This document shows, piece by piece, positions 7,355 to 17,053 of a DNA stretch of 64,000 nucleotides (positions within the stretch are counted from its first letter, which is position 1; the number at the start of each line of letters is the position of its first letter). Source of the stretch: Gemmatimonadota bacterium (GTDB lineage: Bacteria > Gemmatimonadota > Gemmatimonadetes > Palauibacterales > KS3-K002); contig JBDHJS010000013.1 of assembly GCA_039586795.1 (NCBI GenBank), forward strand, positions 18,464-82,463, in the 5' to 3' direction. The translations under genes were made by a program, and so were the position numbers. Below the pieces are notes generated by a model. The model did not search any database. It saw only the letters and a program-made list of their open reading frames with translations, and was not told the origin of the DNA.

Positions 7355-9790
7355 TCACTGAATGTATCCCAACGACCGCAGTGTCTCGAGTTGCGCGGGC
7401 GTTAGACTCACCTCACCACCTGGCGTGAAGAGCTGCGCCAATACCTGGTGCGCCTCGAACTGCGCCTCGAGGAACTCGGTGTACCTCTCCACCAGGTCGG
7501 GCCGCTCCTCGTGCAGGCTGTGCCAGCAATCGGGATCGTTCCACAGGTCGCAGATCAGCAGTGGCGCGGGTCGGCCCTCCGGACGAATGCGGGGACGAGG
7601 CGCCGGAGGATGCCCGATAAGCAGCGACGCTCCCCAGCGGCCGTCGATCACCTCGATGAAACCGCTGAGCTCACCGGTCTGCGGGTCCGCGTAAAACTGG
7701 TCCAAGATCACCGGCCGAGGTTCCCAGCCTTCCTCGCCCAGAAGCAAGGGCGCCAGCGACTGGCCCTGCATGACCTCGGGCATCGGCAGTCCGGCGAGGT
7801 CCAGGATCGTGGGCAACATGTCGATCATCGACACCGGCTGTCTGAAGCGCTGGCCACCCGCGATGCGATCCGGCCACACGATGATCAGCGGAATACGGCT
7901 CACCGAGCTTCTCAATATCGGGCCCCAGTGAGGCGAGAACGGGTCGCGGAGGAGCGCGGACCATTGGCTATGATCGGAGGCGACGACGAGCACCGTGTGC
8001 TCCCACTCGCCTGCGGCCTTCAGCCGTTCCACCAGTTGCCCAATCTGGTGATCCTGGTGCGCCATCGTCTCGTCGTAGAGGCGGCGTCGGGCTTCGAAGT
8101 ACGCGATCGGACTGATGCCGGTCTCAGCGAAGGCAGTTGAGTCCGGGTCGGCGGCCCACCAGACGCCGCCTGTCTCTTGTAGCTGGCGCTCCCACGCGTA
8201 GTAGCGCTCCCGCAACTCGGGACTGATGAAGAGGCCGGCGAAGGGCGTCGCCGGTCTCCACGGCCAGTGCACGTCGGTGGTCTGGAAGTGCACCCAGTAG
8301 GGCTCAGCTGGGTAAGTCTCGCGCCATCTCCAGAAGGACCCGTGAAGGAAGACCGAGGAAACCGAATTGTTGTCGCTCCGGAACCAGGGCAATCCCGACC
8401 AGCTTTCACGCAGGGCATCAACCCCTCGATGGAGGCTGCTCATCATGCCGGCAAAAGGGTTGGCGGTGAACACCGCCGTCTGGTAGCCGTCCGCATGTAG
8501 GTATTGGGCCATCGTCACTGCCTGTTCGGGCAGCGGATCGGCGTTGGTCCTGTAACCACCCAGCACGCTGTGCTGCAGTGAGGTCATGAACGAAGGCGTC
8601 GAGACCTTTGTCCAGCTGGAATTGCTGTAGGCATGCTCGAACACCGCTCCTTCGGCTGCCAGACGCTCCAGGTTCGGAGTCGTTCGACGGTTGTATCCGT
8701 AGACGCTCATGAGATCCGCCGCAGCGCCGTCGATGATGTAGAAGACGACGTTGGGCTTGTCAGTGGTTCGCGCGCCGCTGAGAGTCGGTGCGGCCCAAAG
8801 GGCCACGGTGCCGGCGCGCTCCGCGTCTGCCTCCAGTGTCAGCGTCACAGTCTGTCCCGCCAGGTGGGACAGATCCACCGAGCGCTGCGCCCAGCGGTTC
8901 GGGTCGGCATAGGTCTCCGCCAACAGGGTCTCGGCCTCGCGACCTTTCCGCTGCGCGGTGATCGCGAACGTCACCGGCGCATTGCCCCGCAGCACCCCCA
9001 GGCCGAGATCGAGGCGTCCTGCTTCGGGCACCTTCACCTGGTAGTCGAGCCGCCCTGGCGTATGGGTGTAGAGGGTCCGACGATGGGCATTGTCGCGCTC
9101 CTCCATCCGCAACCCGGCGCGACTCCCCGCGAACTCGGCCTCCCGCGCTATCACACGCACCGACAGAATGTCGAGCGTCACTTCTTCCACGTCCGGCTGG
9201 CTGTTGAACCAGATAGCCAGCTGGGTCCAGGTCCCTTCCCACCTCCCAACTCTGGGCGCGTCTAGAGACAGCCGGTACGTCTGGACCGTGCCATCGGTCA
9301 CGAGGCGCGACCACTCACCGCGGCTCTGAAAAGGGAGGACGCCAAGCACCGGGTCTTCTTCAGTGTAGTTGAATCCCAAGCCTATGGCGTTCATCCGATC
9401 GCGCGTGCGGGCGCGAATCTCTACGTACGCCCAGTCCTCCAGCGCCCAGTCCGGCAGATCGACATAGATGGCGCCGATCAAGCGGGGGCCGTCGGCACGG
9501 TGTTCTGCGGTTAGGGGCAGAGCCAGAGCGTCGTCAGTTTGAACAGGCTCGACGGACCCCAACTGTGCCCCGATCGGTCTGGCTGGCCTCCAGTCCGGCT
9601 GCGGTTCATCGAAGCGCCAAGCCACCTGGGGAATGCCCGCGGGAACTTCGGAGCCCACGACGGTGGCGGCGGCGAGATGGTCTTCAAGGTGCAGAGGCCG
9701 CTGAGCCCGTAGCACCGGAGAGCCGGCGTCGCCGCATCCCCCTATGAGGATCAAGCCAAGGAACAGTACTCTAAAGCGGAACATTGCCAC
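7355..9790 (-). CDS. Sulfatase-like hydrolase/transferase lipoprotein with N-terminal beta-sandwich domains and a degenerate active site
   Basis: Lipobox IGGC; KPNVVFYIID, TPNLERLA, VASDH, SRIPLII, VSMIDMLPTILDL; C-terminal LRSLGYIQ; no CxPxR motif. Confidence 0.8.
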   Translation of the reverse strand: MAMFRFRVLFLGLILIGGCGDAGSPVLRAQRPLHLEDHLAAATVVGSEVPAGIPQVAWRFDEPQPDWRPARPIGAQLGSVEPVQTDDALALPLTAEHRADGPRLIGAIYVDLPDWALEDWAYVEIRARTRDRMNAIGLGFNYTEEDPVLGVLPFQSRGEWSRLVTDGTVQTYRLSLDAPRVGRWEGTWTQLAIWFNSQPDVEEVTLDILSVRVIAREAEFAGSRAGLRMEERDNAHRRTLYTHTPGRLDYQVKVPEAGRLDLGLGVLRGNAPVTFAITAQRKGREAETLLAETYADPNRWAQRSVDLSHLAGQTVTLTLEADAERAGTVALWAAPTLSGARTTDKPNVVFYIIDGAAADLMSVYGYNRRTTPNLERLAAEGAVFEHAYSNSSWTKVSTPSFMTSLQHSVLGGYRTNADPLPEQAVTMAQYLHADGYQTAVFTANPFAGMMSSLHRGVDALRESWSGLPWFRSDNNSVSSVFLHGSFWRWRETYPAEPYWVHFQTTDVHWPWRPATPFAGLFISPELRERYYAWERQLQETGGVWWAADPDSTAFAETGISPIAYFEARRRLYDETMAHQDHQIGQLVERLKAAGEWEHTVLVVASDHSQWSALLRDPFSPHWGPILRSSVSRIPLIIVWPDRIAGGQRFRQPVSMIDMLPTILDLAGLPMPEVMQGQSLAPLLLGEEGWEPRPVILDQFYADPQTGELSGFIEVIDGRWGASLLIGHPPAPRPRIRPEGRPAPLLICDLWNDPDCWHSLHEERPDLVERYTEFLEAQFEAHQVLAQLFTPGGEVSLTPAQLETLRSLGYIQ

Positions 9791-9791
9791 C

Positions 9792-11309
9792 TCACCCCAT
9801 GAACAAGTTCTTCGTAGCGAAGTCCGGATCGCTCGTGAGATTCACGCCGAGCTTCCTAAGTCCGGCCTCATCGCCGGGCGTCGGCATGTGGGTCATGTGA
9901 ACTTCGCAACCGCGCAGCTCCCTGAGTCCTTCCAGGGCGGCCTTGGCAGACGGGTTCGACGCGGTGCTCACGGCGAGGGCGATGAGTGCCTCTTCGGCGT
10001 CGAGGCTAACGCGTTTGCCGCTCAACACCTCCGTCTTCAGGTGCCCCAACGATTCGATGACCGACGCAGGCAAAAGGTGCTCGTCCTCGGATATGCCGGC
10101 GAGCCGCTTCGCCGCGTTTAACACGAGGCCGGCCGCCGCGTGCATCAACGGAGAGTTGCAGCCGGTCACCACCGACCCGTCCGGTAGCTCAACGGCTGCG
10201 CCGCAGTAGATACCGTCGTTGCCCCTGCCCGTGTGCTTGGCGCGCTGCGCTGCATCGCGCGCCGGTCCCACGACCTGACGGCTTTCAGGGCTTATCCCGA
10301 GATCGTTCATGAGCAGCTCGATCCGCTGCACCGAGTCGCGATCGACGAGCCCCATGGCGTGTTCGCACGCGTACCGGAAGTACCGGCGCACCACTTCCCC
10401 CTTGGCCGCTTCCTGCACGGCTACATCGTCCACGATCCCGAAACTCGCCCGGTTCACGCCCATGTCGGTGGGTGAGCGGTAGAACGAGTCTCCGCCGGTG
10501 ATCCGCTCGAGAATTCGTCTGAGCAACGGGAACGCGTCGATGTCACGGTTGTAGTTCACCGCCCGCTCGTCGTGCGCCTCTAAGTGAAAGTGATCGAGCT
10601 GGTTCACGTCCTTGAGCTCGGCGGTCGCCGCCTCGTAGGCCACGTTCACCGGGTGCTTGAGCGGCAGATTCCAGATGGGGAACGTCTCGAACTTGGCGTA
10701 ACCCGAGGCCAACCCGCGGTGGTGATCGTGGTACAGCTGGGATAGGCAGGTGGCGAGCTTCCCGCTACCGGGCCCGGGGCCAGTCACCACGACGATCGGC
10801 TTGTCCGTCTCGATGTACGAGTTGGCGCCATAGCCCCTGTCGCTCACGATGACGTCCACGTCGGTGGGATACCCGCGCGTGAACCCATGCGTGTAGACGC
10901 GGATACCGCGGTTCTCGAGCCGCTGCTTGAACGCGGCGGCCGCGGGCTGCTCCTCGTACCGGGTGATCACCACGGCACGAACGTGGACACCCCATTCCCC
11001 GAGGTCATCAATCAACTTGAGCGCGTCGGCGTCGTACGTTATGCCGAAGTCGGCCCGCATCTTCTTCTTCTCGATGTCTCCGGCATAGATGCAGAGGATC
11101 ACCTCGGCGCGGTCGTTGAGCCCCTGGAGCAACTTGATCTTCACGTTTGGGTCGAACCCCGGAAGCACGCGGGCGGCGTGGTAGTCGAACAGCAGCTTGC
11201 CGCCGAACTCCAGGTAGAGCTTGTCGCCGAACCGGGCGACGCGCTCGTTGATCGCGGCTCTCTGTTGCTCGAGGTACTTCTCGTTGTCGAACCCAGCCCG
11301 CAGCTGCAT
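9792..11309 (-). CDS. DUF1846 (UPF0371) family P-loop protein
   Basis: GFDNEKYLEQQ, LYLEFGGKL, TGPGPGSGKLATCLSQLY, YAKFETFPIWNLPLKHPVNVAYEAATA. Confidence 0.85.
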   Translation of the reverse strand: MQLRAGFDNEKYLEQQRAAINERVARFGDKLYLEFGGKLLFDYHAARVLPGFDPNVKIKLLQGLNDRAEVILCIYAGDIEKKKMRADFGITYDADALKLIDDLGEWGVHVRAVVITRYEEQPAAAAFKQRLENRGIRVYTHGFTRGYPTDVDVIVSDRGYGANSYIETDKPIVVVTGPGPGSGKLATCLSQLYHDHHRGLASGYAKFETFPIWNLPLKHPVNVAYEAATAELKDVNQLDHFHLEAHDERAVNYNRDIDAFPLLRRILERITGGDSFYRSPTDMGVNRASFGIVDDVAVQEAAKGEVVRRYFRYACEHAMGLVDRDSVQRIELLMNDLGISPESRQVVGPARDAAQRAKHTGRGNDGIYCGAAVELPDGSVVTGCNSPLMHAAAGLVLNAAKRLAGISEDEHLLPASVIESLGHLKTEVLSGKRVSLDAEEALIALAVSTASNPSAKAALEGLRELRGCEVHMTHMPTPGDEAGLRKLGVNLTSDPDFATKNLFMG

Positions 11310-11502
11310 CTAGGATCCTCCCAGGGTTACTCTGTCGGAAGTGCCCCCACACGGTACTCGGCAGCGCGCCCCGCGGCAACGTGCCCCAGCCCTCACTGCG
11401 CTCTAGAGAAGCGATGCAACAGTAAGCTCTTGGCCCACCCTAGACAGAACAATGTGATGTGGAAGAACGAGAAGGAGACGCCCCAGCAGTACAGAAAACC
11501 TG

Positions 11503-11586
11503 GGTGGAATCGCGTTGAAGGCGCCGCAAGGCGCCTGCATACTGAACATCGCGCCGCCAGGCGCGGTGTGACTCTCCACCACCGAC
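11503..11586 (+). repeat. Dispersed ~85-bp non-coding element (promoter-like sequence plus hairpin), copy 1
   Basis: Aligns by hand with 14963-15048 (about 64 of 86 columns; last 27 bp 25/27). Contains TTGAAG-N17-CATACT. Confidence 0.55.
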
Positions 11587-11886
11587 TTCGCGCTATGACA
11601 CAGAAGAGCCCCGCGGCAATGCAGGGCCCGAGTTTCCGCCAGTGATCAGCGCAACTTTGCCTTCCAGTTTCATCCGGATGCCCCTCCTCGGCGGTTTTGT
11701 ATCACTAGCTTACGGTTGCGGCACTAGCCGGGTTTCGATGGATTGGCGGCGCGCTAGCCATTGCCTTGAACCAGTTGTAGTATGCGATCGTTGGAACCTC
11801 AAGAACATGTTTTGTCTCCCGGCCTTGGGCTGCCAAAGCTGCAAAGTGCAGCATCAGGTGGCTGTTAACAGGCACAAAACGGAGGT

Positions 11887-13011
11887 GTGATGCGCTTACC
11901 GTGCGCGGTTCGGTCTATCGCTCCCGCCGTCGCCCTGATGGCGGCCAGCATCCTGGTGGGTTGCAGCAGCCACGTCGGCCCGGCCGATCGCGACGACATC
12001 GCCGCCTGGATGGCGTTCTACGATGTTCCGGGCGTGAGCGTCGCGGTGATCCGGGAGCTCGCTATCGACTACGTAGAGGTCCACGGCGTGAAGAGCAGAG
12101 AGACGCAGGAGCCGGTGACGGAGCACACGTTGTTCCAGGCCGCGTCACTAACAAAGGGTGTGTCCGCGGTCGGGGTGGTTCGCCTCGCGCAGGAAGGAAT
12201 CGTTTCGCTGGACCGCGGCGTCAACGACTACCTCACCTCGTGGCAGGTGCCCAACAACGAGTTCCAGGCGACGGAGAAAGTCACACTGCTGCGACTGCTC
12301 AGCCACACGGCTGGGACCACGGTGTCCGGGTTCCGCGGCTACCGCTACGACGAGCCTCTGCCGACGCTGATCCAGATCCTGAACGGCGAAACGCCCGCCA
12401 ACTCGCCCCCTGTCGTGGTCGAACGGGTGCCCGGCAGCGAGTTCAGCTACTCGGGAGGCGGGTATGAGATAGCGGACCAAGCGGTCCGAGACGTCACGGG
12501 GACCACGTTCCCGGATCTCATCGGGGATCGGGTGCTCGCGCCCATCGGCATGACGCACAGCACCTACGAGCAGCCGCTGCCCGCGTCGTGGCGCGACTCC
12601 GCGGCCTCAGGGTACTACGCGGACGGGACCCCCGTCCCCTGGGGTCACCATATCTACCCCGAGACTGCCGCTGCGGCGCTGTGGACTACTCCCTCCGACT
12701 ACGCCCGCTTCCTAATCGAGCTTCAGCTGTCCCTACGCGGGGAGTCCAACCGGGTGCTCACCCAGGAGAATACTCAAATGCTCCTGACCGAGGTCAAGAA
12801 CTCCTACGCCCTGGGATTCGGCCTGCGGTCTCTGCACGGGCAGACGTATATCTGGCACGCCGGGGCCAACGATGGGTTTCGGGGCGGCATGCTGGCGCAC
12901 CCGACCCTCGGATACGGCTTGGTCGTCCTGACCAATAGCGACCGCGGGAACGAACTGACCGAAGCGGTGATCGAGCTGATTGGGAAGCAGGAAGGGTGGC
13001 CCGGGTACTAG
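11887..13011 (+). CDS. Serine hydrolase, class C beta-lactamase-related lipoprotein
   Basis: LFQAASLTK (SxxK), LLSHTAG, YSGGGY, HAG; lipobox LVGC; GGAGG RBS. Confidence 0.85.
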   Translation: MMRLPCAVRSIAPAVALMAASILVGCSSHVGPADRDDIAAWMAFYDVPGVSVAVIRELAIDYVEVHGVKSRETQEPVTEHTLFQAASLTKGVSAVGVVRLAQEGIVSLDRGVNDYLTSWQVPNNEFQATEKVTLLRLLSHTAGTTVSGFRGYRYDEPLPTLIQILNGETPANSPPVVVERVPGSEFSYSGGGYEIADQAVRDVTGTTFPDLIGDRVLAPIGMTHSTYEQPLPASWRDSAASGYYADGTPVPWGHHIYPETAAAALWTTPSDYARFLIELQLSLRGESNRVLTQENTQMLLTEVKNSYALGFGLRSLHGQTYIWHAGANDGFRGGMLAHPTLGYGLVVLTNSDRGNELTEAVIELIGKQEGWPGY

Positions 13012-13053
13012 CTTCTTCGAGGTGGCCCTTCTCGTCTGTGAACAGTGCTGAAC

Positions 13054-13081
13054 AAGAAAAGCCCACTAACCACTGCGGGCT
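13054..13081 (-). terminator. Intrinsic terminator downstream of the displaced tRNA 3' fragment
   Basis: Minus strand AGCCCGC...GTGGGCT followed by TTTCTT. Confidence 0.5.
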
Positions 13082-13093
13082 GGGGTTTCCTTC

Positions 13094-13140
13094 AATGGGC
13101 CTGGGTGGACTCGAACCACTGACCTCACGCTTATCAGGCG
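13094..13140 (-). repeat. att-type direct repeat: duplicated 3' half of tRNA-Ile
   Basis: 47 bp matching 15134-15180 except one base (13120 T vs 15160 C); covers the anticodon arm to the acceptor end. Confidence 0.9.
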
Positions 13141-13443
13141 CGGCGGATCCCCCCCCAAAGCCCGACACCATACCGGAACTCCAGAGCAGACTGCGCGATT
13201 TGTCCGACATCGCTCACCTGATTCCGACCTGAGTCCGGAATCAATCGACACCACAATCGACGCCATGCGCGATCAGCCTGAAGGTGTTCGGCGTATTCGA
13301 TTTCCCGGCCGTTGGCTGCAAGGGATGCGATGCACAATCGCAGGAACCTTGCAGCTCAAGGAGTGGTTGGCTAGCGCAGAAGGGACCTCTTGCTCGGCGA
13401 GGTACTGATCCTCAGAAACCAACGGAAAGTGAGGTGTTGATAT

Positions 13444-14889
13444 ATGACCAGACGACTTCGACTTGTCCTGGTAATGGTCTCCGGCTGTCTTGTTCTGGGC
13501 CCACAACCGGCCATGGGGCAGGACAAGCCAAATATCGTCCTCGTGTTCATGGACAACTTTGGATGGGGCGAGCCGGGGTTTAACGGAGGCGGTGTCACGC
13601 GAGGTGCGGCGACGCCGCGCCTCGACAGACTGGCCGATGAGGGACTTCGCTTGACTAACTTTAACGTCGAAGTGCAATGCACACCCTCTCGGTCGGCGCT
13701 GATGACGGGCCGTTACGCGATTCGCAGCGGGAACGCCACGGTCCCCCTCGGCGAGGGTGTCTACGGCCTGGTGCAGTGGGAAGTGACGATGGCCGAAATG
13801 CTGTCTGAGGCAGGGTACGCGACAGGCATGTTCGGAAAGTGGCATCTCGGGCGGACCGAGGGCCGTTTTCCTACTGACCAGGGATTCGACGAATGGTATG
13901 GAGTACCGAACTCGACCGATGAGGCTGTCTATTCTTCATTGCCCGGCTTTTCCGAGAGCGGCGTCGCCGAAACGTACGTGATGGACGCGCGGAAGGGCGG
14001 GGCACCGACCAAAGTGCGCCCCTACAACCTGGACTACCGTCCGCTGATCGATCGCGACCTAACCGACAGGGCAGTTGATTTCATGCGGCGTCAGGTTGAA
14101 GCCGGTAAGCCGTTCTTCCTGTACCTGCCCTATACCGCGACGCACTTCCCGACGCTTCCGCATCCCGACTTCGTGGGGCGTTCAGGTAACGGTTTGTGGG
14201 CCGACCTGCTCATGCAGATCGACAGTTACACCGGCGAGTTACTGGATGCGATTGACGAACTGAGCGTTGCAGAGAACACCATCTTCGTCTTTACCGCGGA
14301 CAATGGGCCAGAAGCTTCAGACTTCGAGAGCACGAACCTGACCGTCGAGACGGCGGTCCACGGGTCGGCCGGTCCATGGCGGGGCACGCTCTTCACGGGG
14401 TTCGAAGGTGCGCTACGTGTCCCGTTTGTGGTTCGCTGGCCGGGGCGTATTGCCGCCGGCGGCTCCAGCGACGAGATCGTCCACGCCATGGATCTCTTTC
14501 CGACCTTCGCAACCATAGCGGGAGGCACCGTACCAGACGATCGTCCTATCGACGGCCAGGACATGACCGCCTTTCTCTTCGGTGATGAGGAGAAGTCAGG
14601 TCGCGAGGGCTTCGTCGTCTACATGGGCACCGAGATCTTCGGCGTGAAGTGGCGTAACTGGAAGCTGCACTTCAAGGAGCAGGACGCGTGGTCGGATGAA
14701 CTGCGCACCTACACGATGCCCCGCGTGTACAACCTCCTGAGCGATCCCCAGGAGCGTGACAACGTGATCTTTCCAAACACCTGGGTGCCCAAGGCGGCGC
14801 TCGGCCAACTGGAAGACCACGTCGCATCGCTGAAGGCGTATCCACCGATCCCCTCTGGCGCGCCGGATCCGTATGAACCGCCGAAGTGA
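13444..14889 (+). CDS. Arylsulfatase (formylglycine-dependent, exported)
   Basis: KPNIVLVFMDN, CTPSRSALMTGR (CxPxR), GKWHLG, FTADNG; signal peptide. Confidence 0.92.
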   Translation: MTRRLRLVLVMVSGCLVLGPQPAMGQDKPNIVLVFMDNFGWGEPGFNGGGVTRGAATPRLDRLADEGLRLTNFNVEVQCTPSRSALMTGRYAIRSGNATVPLGEGVYGLVQWEVTMAEMLSEAGYATGMFGKWHLGRTEGRFPTDQGFDEWYGVPNSTDEAVYSSLPGFSESGVAETYVMDARKGGAPTKVRPYNLDYRPLIDRDLTDRAVDFMRRQVEAGKPFFLYLPYTATHFPTLPHPDFVGRSGNGLWADLLMQIDSYTGELLDAIDELSVAENTIFVFTADNGPEASDFESTNLTVETAVHGSAGPWRGTLFTGFEGALRVPFVVRWPGRIAAGGSSDEIVHAMDLFPTFATIAGGTVPDDRPIDGQDMTAFLFGDEEKSGREGFVVYMGTEIFGVKWRNWKLHFKEQDAWSDELRTYTMPRVYNLLSDPQERDNVIFPNTWVPKAALGQLEDHVASLKAYPPIPSGAPDPYEPPK

Positions 14890-14962
14890 CTTCGACGTTT
14901 CCTGCCCGGGCGTGCTATCGAGGTCGTGGCAGGATCTAGAACGCAGGATGCAGGTGGGCCCC

Positions 14963-15048
14963 GGCGGACTCGCGTTTGAGGAGCCGCCAGCCACCTTCGT
15001 ACACTCACACCGCGCGTCTTGGGCGCGGTGTGAGTCTCCACGACCGAC
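14963..15048 (+). repeat. Dispersed ~85-bp non-coding element, copy 2, next to the tRNA
   Basis: TTGAGG-N18-TACACT plus a perfect 13-bp inverted repeat ACTCACACCGCGC/GCGCGGTGTGAGT (15003-15035). Confidence 0.55.
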
Positions 15049-15135
15049 CTTACCTCTTTCGTGGGAAGTCTGTATTTCAGGAGGGATGAAGAAGAGACAC
15101 CATCTACCGCTCAGTGCTCACCGCATACCGATGAA

Positions 15136-15209
<74 letters not shown>

Positions 15210-15218
15210 CGGACCTTC

Positions 15219-15247
15219 ACGCTACCGGCCGGTCAACGCCCGGTCAA
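15219..15247 (-). promoter_or_regulatory. Sigma-70-type promoter of tRNA-Ile
   Basis: TTGACC-N17-TAGCGT ending 9 nt before the tRNA. Confidence 0.6.
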
Positions 15248-15291
15248 TAGCTGGGCCTGCAATATACCAAGCCGTGCCGCGCTTTCCAGCC

Positions 15292-16680
15292 TCACCAGCC
15301 GAGTCGCTGGAGCAGCAGGGTCGTCTCTTCCGGAGTCAGGTAGCGCAGCGGCCGGCCGGGGTGGTCGGCCAGCTCCCAAACGGCGGCCGCGGCGGCGGCG
15401 GCCATGCCGCGGATCGCGTTGAGCTCGATCTTGTCATAGGTATCGGCGGCGTTGTGGTACCAGCGGGGCGAGTCGTCGGGCAGCGACGACTGCACGTAGA
15501 TGGTGGGGACGCCCTCTAACAGGAAGGGCTGGTGGTCGCTGCCGGGGCCGCCGCCGTGGTTCACCTCGGCGCCGACGCCCAGGTCGCGCAGCCGGGTCTC
15601 GGTGGCCAACCGGGCGAACAGCGTGTCCGCTTCGTCGTGGCCGGTCGCGCCGTAGCCCAAAGGCGCGCCCACCATGTCCAGGTTCATCATGGCGACGGCG
15701 TTCATCAACTCGTTCGCATGCATGCCCACGTAGTAGCGCGAGCCCAGTAGACCCAACTCCTCGCCGGCGAAGAGCACGACGCGGATCGTGCGCCGCGGCC
15801 GTCGCCCGGCCTGAGTGAGCGCTTTCACCGCCGCCATCGTCGACAATACGCCGGTCCCGTTGTCGATAGCACCGTCGCCGATGTCCCAGGAGTCGAGGTG
15901 GGCGCCGAGGATGAACACCTCGTGCCCCACTGACGGATCGCTCCCCTTCAGCTCGCCGATGACGTTGAGGACGGTTCCCACCCGAGTCTCCGCCTCGACC
16001 CGCATCTCGAGGATCACCGGACCGCCGCCGGCGAGCTGCCGACGCAGCCAGAGTCCGTCTTCACGGGACAGCTCGAGCACCGGCAATGGCGCCGGTGGAT
16101 TCGGCCAGGGCGCGACACGCGCCTGGGGCAGGCGACCCGGTTGGAAGGTGACGCGCATGAGAGCTACTGCGCCCTCATCGACGGCGCGCTGGATCAGACT
16201 GGGATCGATGGCGTCGGTCAGCCACGCCGCCCCCCTCACCCGATCGCCGAGCGCCGCCACGCTGGCCGAGTCGCCGCGACCGATATCGACCACAGGGACC
16301 GAATCGGCGGTGATGCCCGGCGAGTAGCCGTGAGTGATGGCGGCGATGGGTCGCAGCCGGGCGACGGCGGGTGTGACGGCGTGCACGAATGTGGCGCCGC
16401 GTCGCCAGACGGGGATGCGGACGACCTCGTAATAGACGGTGTCCAGCCCGAAACTGCGCAGCCAGCCAGCCGCCCACGCTTCGGCCCGCGTCCCGGACGG
16501 CGTGCCCGACAACCGTCCACCGATCGTGTCGATGAGGCCCGCCGCCATGGCCGGAAGCTCCGGCGCTTCTATGGCGGCGTCGATCACGTCGTGGAGCGCG
16601 TTATCGGGCTCCTGCTGCTGAAATCTGAAGCCGGACAGGGAAATAATGAGGGCAAGAACAGCAGCGGTCCGCGGCGACAA
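15292..16680 (-). CDS. M28 family metallopeptidase with PA domain (carboxypeptidase Q-like)
   Basis: GAHLDSWD, GAIDNGTG, FAGEELGLLGS, NLDM, SDH, YHNAADT. Start uncertain (TTG 16680). Confidence 0.85.
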   Translation of the reverse strand: MSPRTAAVLALIISLSGFRFQQQEPDNALHDVIDAAIEAPELPAMAAGLIDTIGGRLSGTPSGTRAEAWAAGWLRSFGLDTVYYEVVRIPVWRRGATFVHAVTPAVARLRPIAAITHGYSPGITADSVPVVDIGRGDSASVAALGDRVRGAAWLTDAIDPSLIQRAVDEGAVALMRVTFQPGRLPQARVAPWPNPPAPLPVLELSREDGLWLRRQLAGGGPVILEMRVEAETRVGTVLNVIGELKGSDPSVGHEVFILGAHLDSWDIGDGAIDNGTGVLSTMAAVKALTQAGRRPRRTIRVVLFAGEELGLLGSRYYVGMHANELMNAVAMMNLDMVGAPLGYGATGHDEADTLFARLATETRLRDLGVGAEVNHGGGPGSDHQPFLLEGVPTIYVQSSLPDDSPRWYHNAADTYDKIELNAIRGMAAAAAAAVWELADHPGRPLRYLTPEETTLLLQRLGW

Positions 16681-16706
16681 AAGACGAGAGGGCCAGGCGG
16701 GCCCTC
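16678..16706 (-). terminator. Intrinsic terminator after the acidic small-protein gene
   Basis: GAGGGCC-CGCCT-GGCCCTC followed by TCGTCTTTTG on the minus strand. Confidence 0.45.
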
Positions 16707-16735
16707 GGCCGGCGCTGCCTACTACCGGATGCTCG

Positions 16736-16987
16736 TCACTCCCACTCGGTGCGACGGCGACGACGGGTAGCGACGTCGTCGTATCCTTCTTCGTACTCGT
16801 ACTCCTGGAACTCGTCAGCCCAATCCTCCTCGTCCTCCTCCTCCTCACCTTCCTCGAACTCTTCCTCGTCGAGATCGAGACCCTCCTCATCGTACTCGCC
16901 GCCGTACTCGTCCAAACTGTAGTCGTCTGCGCTGCGCGCGCTCAAGAATCCGCCCGGGTCGAGCGACCGATCCTCTAACGAGCTCAT
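16736..16987 (-). CDS. Very acidic 83-aa protein with a C-terminal Arg run
   Basis: ATG 16987 preceded by AGGAGGAGG; MSSLEDRSLD...DEEEFEEGEEEEDEEDWADEF...TRRRRRTEWE; has its own promoter and terminator. Confidence 0.75.
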   Translation of the reverse strand: MSSLEDRSLDPGGFLSARSADDYSLDEYGGEYDEEGLDLDEEEFEEGEEEEDEEDWADEFQEYEYEEGYDDVATRRRRRTEWE

Positions 16988-17053
16988 TTTCCTCCTCCTG
17001 ATAATTCTCCTGGTCTGAGTTTCGTCTTCCGAACGACTACACCCCTTGTTCGC

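Noticed and set aside
13094..13140. Second tRNA-Ile gene
   Set aside because: Only the 3' half is present; the D arm and 5' acceptor strand are missing.
13134..13337. Short minus-strand ORFs near the att site as an integrase remnant
   Set aside because: No recognisable tyrosine-recombinase motif (R...HxxR...Y) found.
16681..16890. Arg/Ser-rich N-terminus of the 532-aa M28 ORF
   Set aside because: It is an alternative frame of the acidic microprotein gene and crosses its terminator.
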